64,000 bases of DNA from an uncultured Methanomassiliicoccales archaeon (GTDB lineage: Archaea > Thermoplasmatota > Thermoplasmata > Methanomassiliicoccales > UBA472). The position numbers and the translations under genes are program-made. Position 1 is the first letter of the stretch. The number at the start of each line of letters is the position of its first letter. The notes beneath the pieces are model-generated. The model worked only from the letters and a program-made list of their open reading frames with translations, was not told where the DNA came from and did not search any database. Location: assembly GCA_963710685.1 (NCBI GenBank), contig CAVQBH010000010.1, positions 15,204-79,203 of the forward strand, written 5' to 3'. Shown here one piece after another: positions 18,940 through 28,993 of the stretch.

Positions 18940-19524
18940 ATGAAACTCGTTGATTTGCCCAGATATGGTCCGGTGCACCGCTTCGCCGATTACCACGTCT
19001 TCAAAACCCTTTCCATCCTCTCCGATGGAAGACGCAAGGGGCGCAAGCAGCTTGCGGAAATGGTCGACATAGGCGAGGGCAGCATGCGGACGATCATCGA
19101 ATATCTCCGGGACCGCGAGATGATCGATGTCAAGCAGACCGGGGTCAAGATCGCAAGCAAGGGCCACGAGTTCCTGAGCAACCTCCCGATATACATGGAA
19201 AGGGTCGAGCCGACCGACAGCACCCTCGGTGAGCGGAGCGCCGCGGTGCTCGTCAAGGGCCTCAGCATGAAGATAAAGATGGGGGTCGAGCAGAGGGACA
19301 GCGCCATCAAGGCCGGTGCCGAAGGGGCCACCACCGTCATCGTTTCCGGGAGCCGTCTGATCGTTCCGCCGGACTATGATCTGGACAAGGAGAGGCCCGA
19401 GTTCGCCGACACGCTGCGGAGACTGCTGGCGGTGAGCGAGGGCGATGTCATCATCATCGGGACCGCCACCACCTACGATCGGGCCGAGGACGGCGCCCTG
19501 GCGGCGGCGTTCGAACTCATCTGA
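18940..19524 (+). CDS. Conserved archaeal winged-helix protein (DUF4443-like, tentative)
   Basis: 194 aa, beginning 3 nt after the metK stop. wHTH-like segment GRKQLAEMVDIGEGSMRTIIEYLRDREMIDV, then a conserved C-terminal domain. The DUF4443 assignment is from memory only. Confidence 0.55.
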   Translation: MKLVDLPRYGPVHRFADYHVFKTLSILSDGRRKGRKQLAEMVDIGEGSMRTIIEYLRDREMIDVKQTGVKIASKGHEFLSNLPIYMERVEPTDSTLGERSAAVLVKGLSMKIKMGVEQRDSAIKAGAEGATTVIVSGSRLIVPPDYDLDKERPEFADTLRRLLAVSEGDVIIIGTATTYDRAEDGALAAAFELI

Positions 19525-19777
19525 CCGGAAGATCGCCCTAAGATTTTTCCGGATAAAAGCAAATTGGTACATCCCAAGGATTCCAGACCCACGGCCGCAT
19601 CATTTTCGAGCCCCCGGGTTCTGGATTAGAAACCAGACATGACCCGGCTTAGGCAGATTCGGACCGTCGGCCAGACCACGGAAATCGCGTGGATGGAAGG
19701 GTCGATCCATTGCCATTCGATCGGACGAGGCTTGAAATATTGGATAATACATCCAATAATGACCTATTTCGGGTCAG

Positions 19778-21688
19778 GTGGAATGTAATTTGAAGTTGAG
19801 GGGAGCAATCGCTTGTCTATTGTTGGTGTCATTCATGCTGATAGCCGCCGCGCCAGTCTCAGTGGCTGCGGAAGGGACCACATGCGCGGTCCTGTTCGAT
19901 TTCGGCAATGGCGAGATATCCTGGGCGGACATCGCCTCCAACAGCACTCTGAACGCGTTCAACATGACCCAGATGGCCACCCAGAAGCTCGGTCTGGATT
20001 TTCAGTTCACCCATTATCCGTCGGGTAACTTCGTCACTAAGATAGGGGATGTGGATACCCCAGCCTCATTTGCCCAGTCCTGGTCCCTGTGGACCTGGAA
20101 CACGACCACGTCCCGGTGGGATTCCTCCATGGTCGGTCCGGACTCGATCCCCTCCACCAGCGTCCCGGCGATCGCCTACTCGTTCGGCGGGTATCCAACC
20201 CCGGCACCGCTGGCCACGCCCGAGCACCGGTACCCGTGGACCAGCTTCAGGCACGATGACCTGAACACCGGAAGCCAGCCGGTCTACGCCCCGAACAACC
20301 TCTCACTGGCCTGGAAGGTCGACCTGGGCAATGGGGCCATTGACGCTCCGATCGTTGCCTGGCAGGGATACACCGCGGTGGTGACCGGCGGAATCCTCAA
20401 CATGACGACCTACGCCTACGACACCAATTCCTCCGTCTACGTGCTGAACCAGACCGGTGCTGTGCTGTGGCACAAGGACATCGGTACAGGTTATCAGGTC
20501 GGATCTCCCCTGGTCTATGACGGAAAGCTCATCGTCCCGTCGGCGGACGGCAAGGTCTATGCCTTCAACGCGCTCACCGGGGACTCTCTCTGGACCTACG
20601 ACACCGGATCGGGGTCGCTGCACGGCGTGACCTCGTCCCCGATCGCCTACAACGGCAACTTCATCATCGCCACCGGTAACGGAAATTTCATTTCCCTGTG
20701 GCCCAACGGGACGAAGGACTGGAACATGACCATCGCACCCGGTATATACTCCTCCTCGCCGGCGGCCTCCAACGGGACGCTCTACATCGGGACCGAGGAT
20801 GGCAAGCTGGACGCCATCGCCGCGGATGGAAGCGCGGTCCAATGGTCCATCCAGATCGGGAGCAAGGTGCGCGGATCGCCGATCCTCCTGAAGGATGAGA
20901 TCGTGGTCAGTTACCTCAACTACACCGGGAACTCACCGGCCAGTGGCGGCCTGGCAGGGGTGAGCTATACCGGACAATTGCTGTGGCAGAGGTCGACCGA
21001 CGTGACACCCGGATCGCCGGTCCTCACCAAGGCCGGAATAGCCGCGGTCACGTACACCGGGATCGTGATGGTGAGTTCGGACGGCTCACTGGTCTTCAAC
21101 AGGTCGTTGGGAACCATCTTCGCCGGCGCGGCCCCGACGAGCGTGGGGGACAGCATATTCCTGGTCACGAACGAGGCGTCCAGCCGTCTGATCGCAATGA
21201 CCAACTCGGGTGAGATATACTTCCAGCGGGCCATCGTCCCGGCGCAGTACGCGTTGAGCGCCCCGACGGTCGCCGATGGTATCCTCTACATCAGCAGCGA
21301 CAACGGGAATGTCTACGCCTATCACATGAACTCTGTGGCACCGTCCGCCCATGACTACACGATGGTCCAGAACGGCCTGACGGTCAGCTTCCAGGCGAAG
21401 GTCGTGAACGGGACCCTGATCAACTACTCGTGGAACTTCGGGGACGGCAACACCAGCACCGGTCCGGCGGTCAACCACACCTATGCCCAGGCCGGAACCT
21501 ACAGCGTCGTGCTCACCGCCACCACTCCCGACGGTCAGATCCAGAACAGCACCGTGTCCGCCGTGGCCACCAACCCTAGCGCGTCAAGCGGCACGAACTC
21601 GGACATCACCGTGCTGGTCATCCTCCTGGTCGTCGTTATCCTGATCGTTGCCGTCGTCGGCTTCCTGGTGATGCGCAGGAGGAAGTAA
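19778..21688 (+). CDS. Cell-surface protein: signal peptide, DUF4430-like domain, PQQ-like beta-propeller repeats, PKD domain, C-terminal TM anchor
   Basis: Signal peptide KLRGAIACLLLVSFMLIAAAPVSVAAEG. DUF4430-like segment (FDFGNGEISWADI ... GNFVTKIGDV ... SWSLWTWNTTTSRWDSSMVG). Repeated propeller motifs (GKVYAFNALTGDSLW, GKLDAIAADGSAVQW, GNVYAYH). PKD segment (YSWNFGDGNTSTGPAVNHTYAQAGTYSVVLTATTPDG). Anchor VLVILLVVVILIVAVVGFLVMRRRK. Exact start is uncertain (GTG 19778 or TTG 19790). Confidence 0.8.
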   Translation: MECNLKLRGAIACLLLVSFMLIAAAPVSVAAEGTTCAVLFDFGNGEISWADIASNSTLNAFNMTQMATQKLGLDFQFTHYPSGNFVTKIGDVDTPASFAQSWSLWTWNTTTSRWDSSMVGPDSIPSTSVPAIAYSFGGYPTPAPLATPEHRYPWTSFRHDDLNTGSQPVYAPNNLSLAWKVDLGNGAIDAPIVAWQGYTAVVTGGILNMTTYAYDTNSSVYVLNQTGAVLWHKDIGTGYQVGSPLVYDGKLIVPSADGKVYAFNALTGDSLWTYDTGSGSLHGVTSSPIAYNGNFIIATGNGNFISLWPNGTKDWNMTIAPGIYSSSPAASNGTLYIGTEDGKLDAIAADGSAVQWSIQIGSKVRGSPILLKDEIVVSYLNYTGNSPASGGLAGVSYTGQLLWQRSTDVTPGSPVLTKAGIAAVTYTGIVMVSSDGSLVFNRSLGTIFAGAAPTSVGDSIFLVTNEASSRLIAMTNSGEIYFQRAIVPAQYALSAPTVADGILYISSDNGNVYAYHMNSVAPSAHDYTMVQNGLTVSFQAKVVNGTLINYSWNFGDGNTSTGPAVNHTYAQAGTYSVVLTATTPDGQIQNSTVSAVATNPSASSGTNSDITVLVILLVVVILIVAVVGFLVMRRRK

Positions 21689-21692
21689 GGGA

Positions 21693-22199
21693 ATGATGAA
21701 GCTCAGGCCAAGGGACCTGATCCTGATGGCCGTCGCGGTGGTCATCGTACTGGTGATCGCATTGTTCGGGTTTCCGAACACCGGCAGCACCGGGGTCACC
21801 GTCAGGGGCAACCTGACGATCGAACTGGCCGACGCCCCCTCCCCGATCAACCAGGGTATGAACACCACATGGACGCTGGTCGGCGGGAGCTGGACCAACA
21901 CCACGACCGTCAATTCGCTGGGACAGACGGTGTGGATCTTTGAGAACGTCACCAGCAATTCCAGCTGCTATGACCAGCTGTTGTCCGCCTCTCGGATCGC
22001 CGGATTCAGCATCGAATCTCAGAACCAGACGCTGGGGCTGATCGTCACGTCCATCGGCGGCGCCTCGAACCTGGAGTTCGAGGGCCGGGCCTGGCAGTAC
22101 TACGTGAACGGGGTGTACGCCAATCGGGCGTGCAACATCGTCACGGTGGCCAATGGTGACAACGTGGTGTGGAAATACCAACCGAACCAGATGGGGTGA
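21693..22199 (+). CDS. DUF4430 domain protein with N-terminal membrane anchor
   Basis: TM segment LILMAVAVVIVLVIALFG, then DUF4430 hallmarks CYDQLLSASRIAGFSIE ... GLIVTSIGGASN ... RAWQYYVNGVYANRACNIVTVANGDNVVWKY. Confidence 0.8.
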   Translation: MMKLRPRDLILMAVAVVIVLVIALFGFPNTGSTGVTVRGNLTIELADAPSPINQGMNTTWTLVGGSWTNTTTVNSLGQTVWIFENVTSNSSCYDQLLSASRIAGFSIESQNQTLGLIVTSIGGASNLEFEGRAWQYYVNGVYANRACNIVTVANGDNVVWKYQPNQMG

Positions 22200-23071
22200 G
22201 GGCACTGTTCTCCCCGTACCAGGACAAGGACTCCAGGATCCATCGGATGGACGCGAGGCCGAAAATGGTCTTCGTACTCTCGATATTCCTGCTCTCCATC
22301 CTGGTATCGGACATATTCTTTTTGACCGTCTTCTTCGTGTTCATCATGATCCTGGTGGCGGAGAGCAAGGTGCTGCGCTCCACCCTCGGACTCCTGAAGT
22401 ACACGGTGTACGTGGCCGCCTTCCTCTTCGCTTTCAGCATTCTGTTCTCGCAGGGAAGTCACGTCCTGGTGACGCTCGGCCCCCTCTCGATCAAGGAAGA
22501 GTCCTTGCTCTTCGCCACCAGCATGTGCATGAGATTGTTCCTGGCCATCAGCGCGTTCGCCGTTCTCACCTTCACCGTGCACCCGGACCAGTCCCTGCAG
22601 ATAATGTCCAAGTTCGGGATCAAGTCCATGACCGGGCTCTCGATCGCCACCCGCATGTACCCGACCATCGCCGCGGATTCGGCGAACATCGAGGACGCCA
22701 TGCGGGCCCGGGGGGTGGAGTTCGACGATGGCAACCTGATCCAGAAGGCCAGGGCCAAGGCGCCGGTCATGATGCCGCTGCTGCTGAACTCGATGGATCG
22801 TTCCATGGAGATCGCCGAGGCCATGGAGAGTCGAGGTTTCGGGGCGGGGTCGAGGACCCATTATTTTGACCGGCCCCTCCTCCTCAGGGACAAGGTCATG
22901 ATCGCCTCCTTTGTCGCCGCCCTGCCCTTCGGCATCATCATGTTCGTCCTGGGCTACGGCAACGTCAATTACATTTCTGGAGCGCCGTTGACCATAACCG
23001 CCATAGGAACGCTGGTGGCGTTCCTGGAGCTGATGTTCTACGTGCCAATCCTGGTGGGGGCCAAGGTATGA
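22196..23071 (+). CDS. ecfT: ECF transporter transmembrane (T) component, CbiQ/EcfT family
   Basis: Multi-TM protein with the EcfT coupling region EDAMRARGVEFDDGN ... LLLNSMDRSMEIAEAMESRGFG. GTG 22196 overlaps the upstream TGA (GTGA). The track start 22169 lies inside the previous gene. Confidence 0.85.
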   Translation: MRALFSPYQDKDSRIHRMDARPKMVFVLSIFLLSILVSDIFFLTVFFVFIMILVAESKVLRSTLGLLKYTVYVAAFLFAFSILFSQGSHVLVTLGPLSIKEESLLFATSMCMRLFLAISAFAVLTFTVHPDQSLQIMSKFGIKSMTGLSIATRMYPTIAADSANIEDAMRARGVEFDDGNLIQKARAKAPVMMPLLLNSMDRSMEIAEAMESRGFGAGSRTHYFDRPLLLRDKVMIASFVAALPFGIIMFVLGYGNVNYISGAPLTITAIGTLVAFLELMFYVPILVGAKV

Positions 23072-24528
23072 TCGACATCGAGAACTTCTCGTTCACGTAC
23101 AGCGCGGTGGGAAGGCCGGTGCTGAGGGACGTCAGCCTGAGGATCGGGGAGGGCGAGTTCGTCCTGATCGTGGGACATTCCGGATCGGGCAAATCCACCC
23201 TGTGCCGCTCCATGAACGGCCTGGTGCCGCACTTCTACGGCGGCAAGATAAACGGGCACGTCACCGTCGACGGAAGGGACACCAGGAAGACTCCGCCGAA
23301 CCAGCTGGCCGGCACGGTGGGAATGGTGTTCCAGGACCCGGAGAACCAGTTGGTGATGACCAACGTGGAGAACGAGATGGCCTTCGGCCTGGAGAACATG
23401 GCGCTGCCCCTGCCGGAGATGAGGGAACGCATCGCCCAGTATTCTGAATACTTTGACCTGGCCCGGTTCTTCAAACGGTTCATTCCGGAGCTTTCCGGGG
23501 GCGAGAAACAAAAGGTGGCGCTCGCTTCCGTCATCGCCATGAACCCGAAGTACATCGTGCTCGACGAACCGACCTCCCAGCTCGATGAGGAGACGGCCTC
23601 GCTCTTCCTCGATTTCCTGCAGAAGCTGAATCGGGAGCACAACATCGCCATCATACTGGTGGAGCACCGGTTGGAGAGGTGCCTGGGATACGCCGACCGG
23701 ATCGTTTACATGAAGGACGGGACGGTGGCGGCGGACGGCACGAAGGCGGAAATGCTGCCCCTGCTGAAGCAGGAGGGGCTGATCGCCGATTTCCACCGCT
23801 CCATCGGGTCCGTGGGTACCGGGGAGGTCGTCGTCTCCGCGGAGAACATAAGCTTCCGTTACAGCAAGGAGGACGTCCTTGACGGGCTGGACCTCCAGGT
23901 CCGCCGGCAGGAGGTCCTGGCCATCATAGGGCTGAACGGCTGCGGCAAGTCGACCCTGCTCAAGCATCTCAACGGCATCCTCAGGCCCAAGAACGGCATG
24001 GTGCAGGTCATGGGCCGGGACATCGCCAAGGCCACCACCGCCAGCCTCGCCCGGGACATCGGCTATCTGGGACAGAACCCGAACAATTACCTGTTCGAGG
24101 AGACGCTAGAGAAGGAGCTGGAGTTCACTCTCCGGAACCTTAAGATCGACCGGTCCGAATGGAAGGAAAGGATGGACTGGGCATTGGAAATGCTGAACCT
24201 GGAAAAATACCGCAACACGTTCCCCCGGGAGCTCAGCTGCGGTGAGCGGGAACGGGCGGCCCTGGCCTCGATCATCGTGGGCAGGCCGAAGATCCTGGTC
24301 CTGGACGAACCGACCCGGGGGCTGGACTACGCTAACAAACTGAAATTGGCGACCATCCTGGAATCGCTGAAGGCGGTGGGCATGACCACCATCATAGTGA
24401 CCCACGACTACCGTTTCGTGGCCGAGCACGCCACCCGGGTGATGTCGCTCCGGGGCGGGCGGCTGGTGCATACGCCGATCGAGGACGTCGTGGTCCTGGC
24501 CAAGGAGATCGGAGGGGTGGAGGTATGA
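23068..24528 (+). CDS. ecfA: ECF transporter fused double ATPase (EcfA1-EcfA2)
   Basis: Two ABC cassettes. First: GHSGSGKST / LSGGEKQKV / IVLDEPTSQLD. Second: GLNGCGKST / LSCGERERA / LVLDEPTRGLD. There are ATGA overlaps at both ends. Confidence 0.9.
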   Translation: MIDIENFSFTYSAVGRPVLRDVSLRIGEGEFVLIVGHSGSGKSTLCRSMNGLVPHFYGGKINGHVTVDGRDTRKTPPNQLAGTVGMVFQDPENQLVMTNVENEMAFGLENMALPLPEMRERIAQYSEYFDLARFFKRFIPELSGGEKQKVALASVIAMNPKYIVLDEPTSQLDEETASLFLDFLQKLNREHNIAIILVEHRLERCLGYADRIVYMKDGTVAADGTKAEMLPLLKQEGLIADFHRSIGSVGTGEVVVSAENISFRYSKEDVLDGLDLQVRRQEVLAIIGLNGCGKSTLLKHLNGILRPKNGMVQVMGRDIAKATTASLARDIGYLGQNPNNYLFEETLEKELEFTLRNLKIDRSEWKERMDWALEMLNLEKYRNTFPRELSCGERERAALASIIVGRPKILVLDEPTRGLDYANKLKLATILESLKAVGMTTIIVTHDYRFVAEHATRVMSLRGGRLVHTPIEDVVVLAKEIGGVEV

Positions 24529-25298
24529 AGGTCAAATGGAGCCTGGTCCTCACCATCCTAGCCATGGGCATGGTCGTCCTCATCCTCTACCTAGCGGTAT
24601 TCGCCAGTTCCAAATTGGCCGACTACACCGCATTCCTGTCCTTCATACTGCTGATCCTGATCATCGGCATCATGTTCGCGAAGTTCGAGGAGTCGGAGAT
24701 CAGCTCCAAGGAGGTGGCCCTGATAGGCATCCTGGGAGCGATAACCGCCGCCTCCAGGATACCGTTCGCGGCTCTCCCGAACATCAAGCCATGCACCTTC
24801 CTTATCATCGTATCGGGGCTGGTGTTCGGGGCGCTGGCCGGTGCGATGGTGGGAGCGATGACCGCCGGCGTCTCGAACCTGTTCTTCGGGCAGGGCCCGT
24901 GGACCGCCTGGGAAATGGTCGCTTGGGCGATGGTGGGCATGGTCGCCGGGTATCTGGGAAAGCGGATGAAGGGTATCACCGTAAGGGACATCATACTGCT
25001 CGGGATAATCCTGGGGATGGCCTACAACACGCTCATGGACTTCAGCAGCTGGATAACGTTCTACAAGAGCGACCCGAACCTGCTGGTGCCCACCTTCGTG
25101 GCGGGGCTGCCCTTCGGGGCTCTGCACGTCTTCGGCAACGTGGTCTTCGCAGTGATCCTGGGCAAGCCAGTGCTCACCATGTTCCAGCGCTTCCAGCGCC
25201 GGACCCGGATCTACTATGACAACCACGAGGAGGACACCGGTCCCCCTCCCCCGGGGAACGACCCTTCGCGATCGGCCAGGGATGAAGCGGCCATATGA
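24525..25298 (+). CDS. Putative ECF transporter substrate-specific (S) component
   Basis: Polytopic membrane protein (about 6 TM helices; [31 protein letters not shown] is typical of S components). It is translationally coupled to ecfA. Substrate is unknown. Confidence 0.65.
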   Translation: MKVKWSLVLTILAMGMVVLILYLAVFASSKLADYTAFLSFILLILIIGIMFAKFEESEISSKEVALIGILGAITAASRIPFAALPNIKPCTFLIIVSGLVFGALAGAMVGAMTAGVSNLFFGQGPWTAWEMVAWAMVGMVAGYLGKRMKGITVRDIILLGIILGMAYNTLMDFSSWITFYKSDPNLLVPTFVAGLPFGALHVFGNVVFAVILGKPVLTMFQRFQRRTRIYYDNHEEDTGPPPPGNDPSRSARDEAAI

Positions 25299-27397
25299 TA
25301 GTTCGTCCTATTTCTTGAGGCCGAGCTGGTGCTCCATCTCATCCACTTCACTGGTCGGTTTGTGGCACGCTCCGCCGCTGCAGACATAGGCGGTTGGCTT
25401 TCCCTCCGCGGCATCTTGTCCCGGATGTGCGCCAACAACGGACATTCGGCCTTCTTCCCGTCACGGATCGGGTTGAGCATCATGATGGTGTAGGGCAGAT
25501 AGAGGGCGTTGGAGGCGTGGATCATCGCCCTGGTACGCACGTCCATGGGATCGCCGGAGATGACCAGTTCCTGGACGGGTTTCAACAGCATCCTGAGGCC
25601 GATCACGAAGAAGGACAGCGCGTCCGGCACCTGGCTGAGATAGAAGTTGTAGTACTTCGAGGAGGCCAGCGCCAGGTCCCTCATGGTCAGGTCATCGATC
25701 ATCGTGGAAAGCACGGCCAGATCGTAGACCATCACCGAATTGGCGGAAGGCATGGCCCCATCCGATATCTCCTTGCTGAGCATCACCAGATCGTCCTTGG
25801 CGATGGAGTTGTAGAAGCCTCCTTTCTCGTCCCCGAAGAGGTCGATCGTCCTCTTCATGTAATCCAACGCCCGGTTCAGGTAACGGTACTCGAACGTGGC
25901 CTGGTAAAGCTCCAGAAGCCCCCAGATATAGTAAGCGTGGTCGGATAGCAGGCCGTTCACCCGGGCCTCCCCCTCGCGGTACATGTGGCACAGGCCCCCC
26001 TCGGGCGAGGCCGAGTATCCCTCGATCGAATCCACCGCCCGCTTCGCCGCCTGCAGGTACCGTTCCTCCCCGAACGCCCTCCCTGCCTTGGCCAGGGCGG
26101 CGATCATGAGCCCGTTCCAATCGGTGAGGACCTTGTCGTCCCGGGCCGGCCGGATCCTCAGCTCCCGCACCCCCTTCAATCGCTCCGCGCACGTCTCCAG
26201 ATAATCGGTCAGTTCGGCCGGGCTCATGTCGAACTTGGTCGCGAGGGTGGCGATGTCCGCGGTGAGGTGGAGCAGGTTGCGGTCGGTGTCCCCTTCGATG
26301 CCCGAACCGATGGTCCCCTCGGCGTGCACGTCGAAGCACTCCATGAAGACCTCCGGCCTCATGTCCCCCAGCACCTCCAGCACATCCTCCTGGGTCCAGG
26401 TGTAGAACTTGCCCTCCACCCCTTCGCTGTCCGCATCCTCCGAGGCGCAGAACGCCCCGTGCTCGGAAATGAGGTCCTTGAGCACGTACTCGATGGTCCC
26501 CCGGGCCACCTTCCTGAAGTCGTCCCTGCCGGTGGCCTGGTAGGCCTCCGTGTACGCCATGCAGATCAGTGCCTGGTCATAGAGCATCTTTTCGAAATGC
26601 GGCAGTATCCACTGCCCGTCGGTGGAGTACCGGTGGAATCCTCCCCCTATGTGGTCGTGGATCCCTCCGAGCATCATGTTCGTGAGGGTCCAGTCCGCCA
26701 TCTTGAGGGCCTCGGGGTTGCCCGTATCGTACCAGTACCGGAGCAGGAGGATGGCCTTGTGCGGGATCGGGAACTTGGGCGATTTCTCGAATCCCCCGTA
26801 CTTCGGCTCGTAGGTCTTCCTCAGGCCTTGAAATGCCTCATCCAGGTACCTGATGTTCGGTTCGCCCGGCCGGACGATATCCATGGCGGCGATGTCCCTC
26901 AGGATGGTCGACGTGATGGCCTGGATCTCGCCCTGCTCCTCCTTCCATGCGGTGGAGATGGCGTTCAGGACGGTGATGATGTCCGACATGCCGAACTGCC
27001 CAGTTCGGGGGATGTAGGTGGCGGCAAAGAAAGGGATCTTCTCCGGGGTCATCACGATGGTCAGCGGCCAGCCCCCCCCGCCGGTCATGGCCTGACAGGC
27101 CTTCATGTAAAGCTCGTCGATGTCCGGCCTCTCTTCCCGGTCCACCTTGATGGAGATGAAACCCTCGTTCAGGACCCGGGCCACATCTTCGTCCTCGAAC
27201 GACTCCCTTTCCATCACATGGCACCAATGGCAGGCGGAATAGCCGATGGAAAGGAACACCGGCCTTCCGCTCCGCTTCGCCTCGGAGAAGGCGGTGTCGC
27301 TCCAAGGGTACCAATCGACCGGGTTGTGGGAATGCATGATGAGATACGGGCTCTTCTCATTCACAAGATGGTTGGAGAATTTCGGCTTGAGCTCCAT
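25214..27397 (-). CDS. Thioredoxin-domain protein, DUF255/YyaL family (N-acylglucosamine-epimerase-like fold); 3' end apparently frameshifted
   Basis: [61 protein letters not shown] is a canonical DUF255 N-terminus. The last ~65 codons as sequenced are non-homologous. A shifted frame gives the family-typical end [35 protein letters not shown], with TAG at 25308..25310. Confidence 0.9.
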   Translation of the reverse strand: MELKPKFSNHLVNEKSPYLIMHSHNPVDWYPWSDTAFSEAKRSGRPVFLSIGYSACHWCHVMERESFEDEDVARVLNEGFISIKVDREERPDIDELYMKACQAMTGGGGWPLTIVMTPEKIPFFAATYIPRTGQFGMSDIITVLNAISTAWKEEQGEIQAITSTILRDIAAMDIVRPGEPNIRYLDEAFQGLRKTYEPKYGGFEKSPKFPIPHKAILLLRYWYDTGNPEALKMADWTLTNMMLGGIHDHIGGGFHRYSTDGQWILPHFEKMLYDQALICMAYTEAYQATGRDDFRKVARGTIEYVLKDLISEHGAFCASEDADSEGVEGKFYTWTQEDVLEVLGDMRPEVFMECFDVHAEGTIGSGIEGDTDRNLLHLTADIATLATKFDMSPAELTDYLETCAERLKGVRELRIRPARDDKVLTDWNGLMIAALAKAGRAFGEERYLQAAKRAVDSIEGYSASPEGGLCHMYREGEARVNGLLSDHAYYIWGLLELYQATFEYRYLNRALDYMKRTIDLFGDEKGGFYNSIAKDDLVMLSKEISDGAMPSANSVMVYDLAVLSTMIDDLTMRDLALASSKYYNFYLSQVPDALSFFVIGLRMLLKPVQELVISGDPMDVRTRAMIHASNALYLPYTIMMLNPIRDGKKAECPLLAHIRDKMPRRESQPPMSAAAERATNRPVKWMRWSTSSASRNRTNYHMAASSLADREGSFPGGGGPVSSSWLS

Positions 27398-28063
27398 GGA
27401 CGACCTCTGAATGGTACGGATTCGAGCCGTGAATAATTAAGCTATGCGTGCTGGATGAGAAATTTGGACATCGCCGATGATCGAATCTTAAAAAGGTAGA
27501 GGTCCGAATCGACCCCGTACCTCGGTTTGGAAGGCGTTTGGAGCTTGTTGGGCCGGTGGCTCACCGCTCCTCTGCGATCCTCTCCTCCTAAGAAAGTCCG
27601 CTTTCGATCCCTTGTATCCAGCTCTTGATGTTCAGGAGCTGACTGAAAGAGCCAATGCGTTTTGCGATATTAATGCTTTTCCAGTTTTCGGCCTCGGTTG
27701 GATGCATAATTGACTGCTCACAGCCTCTAAAATTAGCATTCTGGCCATGCATCGGCTGGATGGATAGACCATCCCGTCAATTAATAATATACAATAAATA
27801 TTATTAGCATGGACGACAGGTCAAGGAAAGAGAAGGACCGGAATCCTGCACTCTGAAGAATCCTAGTCTCCAAACCCGAGGACACCACCAAGACGTAACC
27901 GGAGCGGACAGGGATTTGCGTTGGAATTGAGATGATCAATCCAGCGGAGTTGTGGCTGTTCGATAGCCGCCGTTTGGAAAATCTAAATGATGTAGTATTG
28001 TCTTAACCACCAGACGCCATTGGGGGAAGAATAGCTAGTGCCGTTCAGATCGAGGTATTCACC

Positions 28064-28993
28064 ATGAACATCATCGAGGTCAGGGGCCTCTCCAAATCGT
28101 TCGAGGACCGCTGGGTCCTGAGCAACGTCAATTTCCAGGTCGAGGAGGGAGATATATTCGGATACCTCGGCCCCAATGGAGCGGGAAAGACCACCACCAT
28201 GCGGATCATGCTCGGACTTCTCAAGCCCACCCAAGGCGAGGCGCTGATCCGGGGCAGGGACATGGGGACCGACAACGAAATGAGGAAGCACGTCGGGGTG
28301 CTTCTGGAGAAGAACGGCGTCTACGACCGTCTGACCGCCCATGACAACCTGCAGTATTATGCACGGCTGTACGGGGTCAGTGACGTCGAAACGAGGATCG
28401 AGGAACAGCTGGAACTGGTGGGCCTGACGGACCGCCGGGACCAGAAGGCGGGCAAGTTCTCCAAGGGCATGAAGCAGCGGCTCGGGCTGGCCAGGGCGAT
28501 GATCCATGATCCCGAGATCATGTTCCTGGACGAACCATCCTCCGGACTTGACCCGGAGGCGCAGAAGCTGATGAGGGACATCATATTGGAGATGTCCGCG
28601 AAGAGGAAGATGACGGTGTTCTTGAACTCGCACAACCTGGACGAGGTGCAGCGGGTGTGCAACCGGATCGCCATCCTGCAGCACGGGACCATCCGGGCCT
28701 ATGATTCGGTGGAGAACATGCGCTCCAAGTACAGCATGCCGATGATGGAGTTCACCTTCGTTGACGACCTGGCCGCCGACAGGGCCCACCAGGTCCTGTC
28801 GGGTCTGGTGGGGGAACATGGGACCTTCCGCAAAGGCCTGACGATAGAGGTGGCGACCGACCTGATCACTCCGGACGAGTTGATCGAACGGCTGGTCAAG
28901 AGCGGCATCCGGCTGTCCGAGGCCAGACGGATGAAGAAATCGCTGGAAGACGTGTACATCGACATCATCAAACAGGCCGGGGGAGGACCATGA
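28064..28993 (+). CDS. ABC transporter ATP-binding protein (ABC-2/export type)
   Basis: GPNGAGKTT, FSKGMKQRLGLARA, MFLDEPSSGLD. The stop overlaps the permease start (ATGA). Confidence 0.9.
   Translation: MNIIEVRGLSKSFEDRWVLSNVNFQVEEGDIFGYLGPNGAGKTTTMRIMLGLLKPTQGEALIRGRDMGTDNEMRKHVGVLLEKNGVYDRLTAHDNLQYYARLYGVSDVETRIEEQLELVGLTDRRDQKAGKFSKGMKQRLGLARAMIHDPEIMFLDEPSSGLDPEAQKLMRDIILEMSAKRKMTVFLNSHNLDEVQRVCNRIAILQHGTIRAYDSVENMRSKYSMPMMEFTFVDDLAADRAHQVLSGLVGEHGTFRKGLTIEVATDLITPDELIERLVKSGIRLSEARRMKKSLEDVYIDIIKQAGGGP

Noticed and set aside
23038-23967. 309-aa ORF antisense to ecfA. Similar antisense or out-of-frame ORFs occur at 5351..6100, 22100..22861, 25985..27436, 44927..46192, 61425..62420 and elsewhere.
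   Set aside because: Each overlaps a gene with clear family motifs on the other strand or frame and has a skewed, non-protein-like composition.
27501-27516. ggtccgaatcgacccc resembles a tRNA T-arm, and nearby gggccggtggctca resembles a tRNA 5' end.
   Set aside because: No complete cloverleaf can be built: spacing is wrong, there is no anticodon arm or acceptor complement, and the T-loop is not canonical. No tRNA is called anywhere in the window.
27591-27600. agaaagtccg resembles the RNase P RNA CR-I motif (GGAAAGUCCGG).
   Set aside because: None of the other conserved RNase P RNA regions is visible nearby on either strand. It is an isolated partial match.
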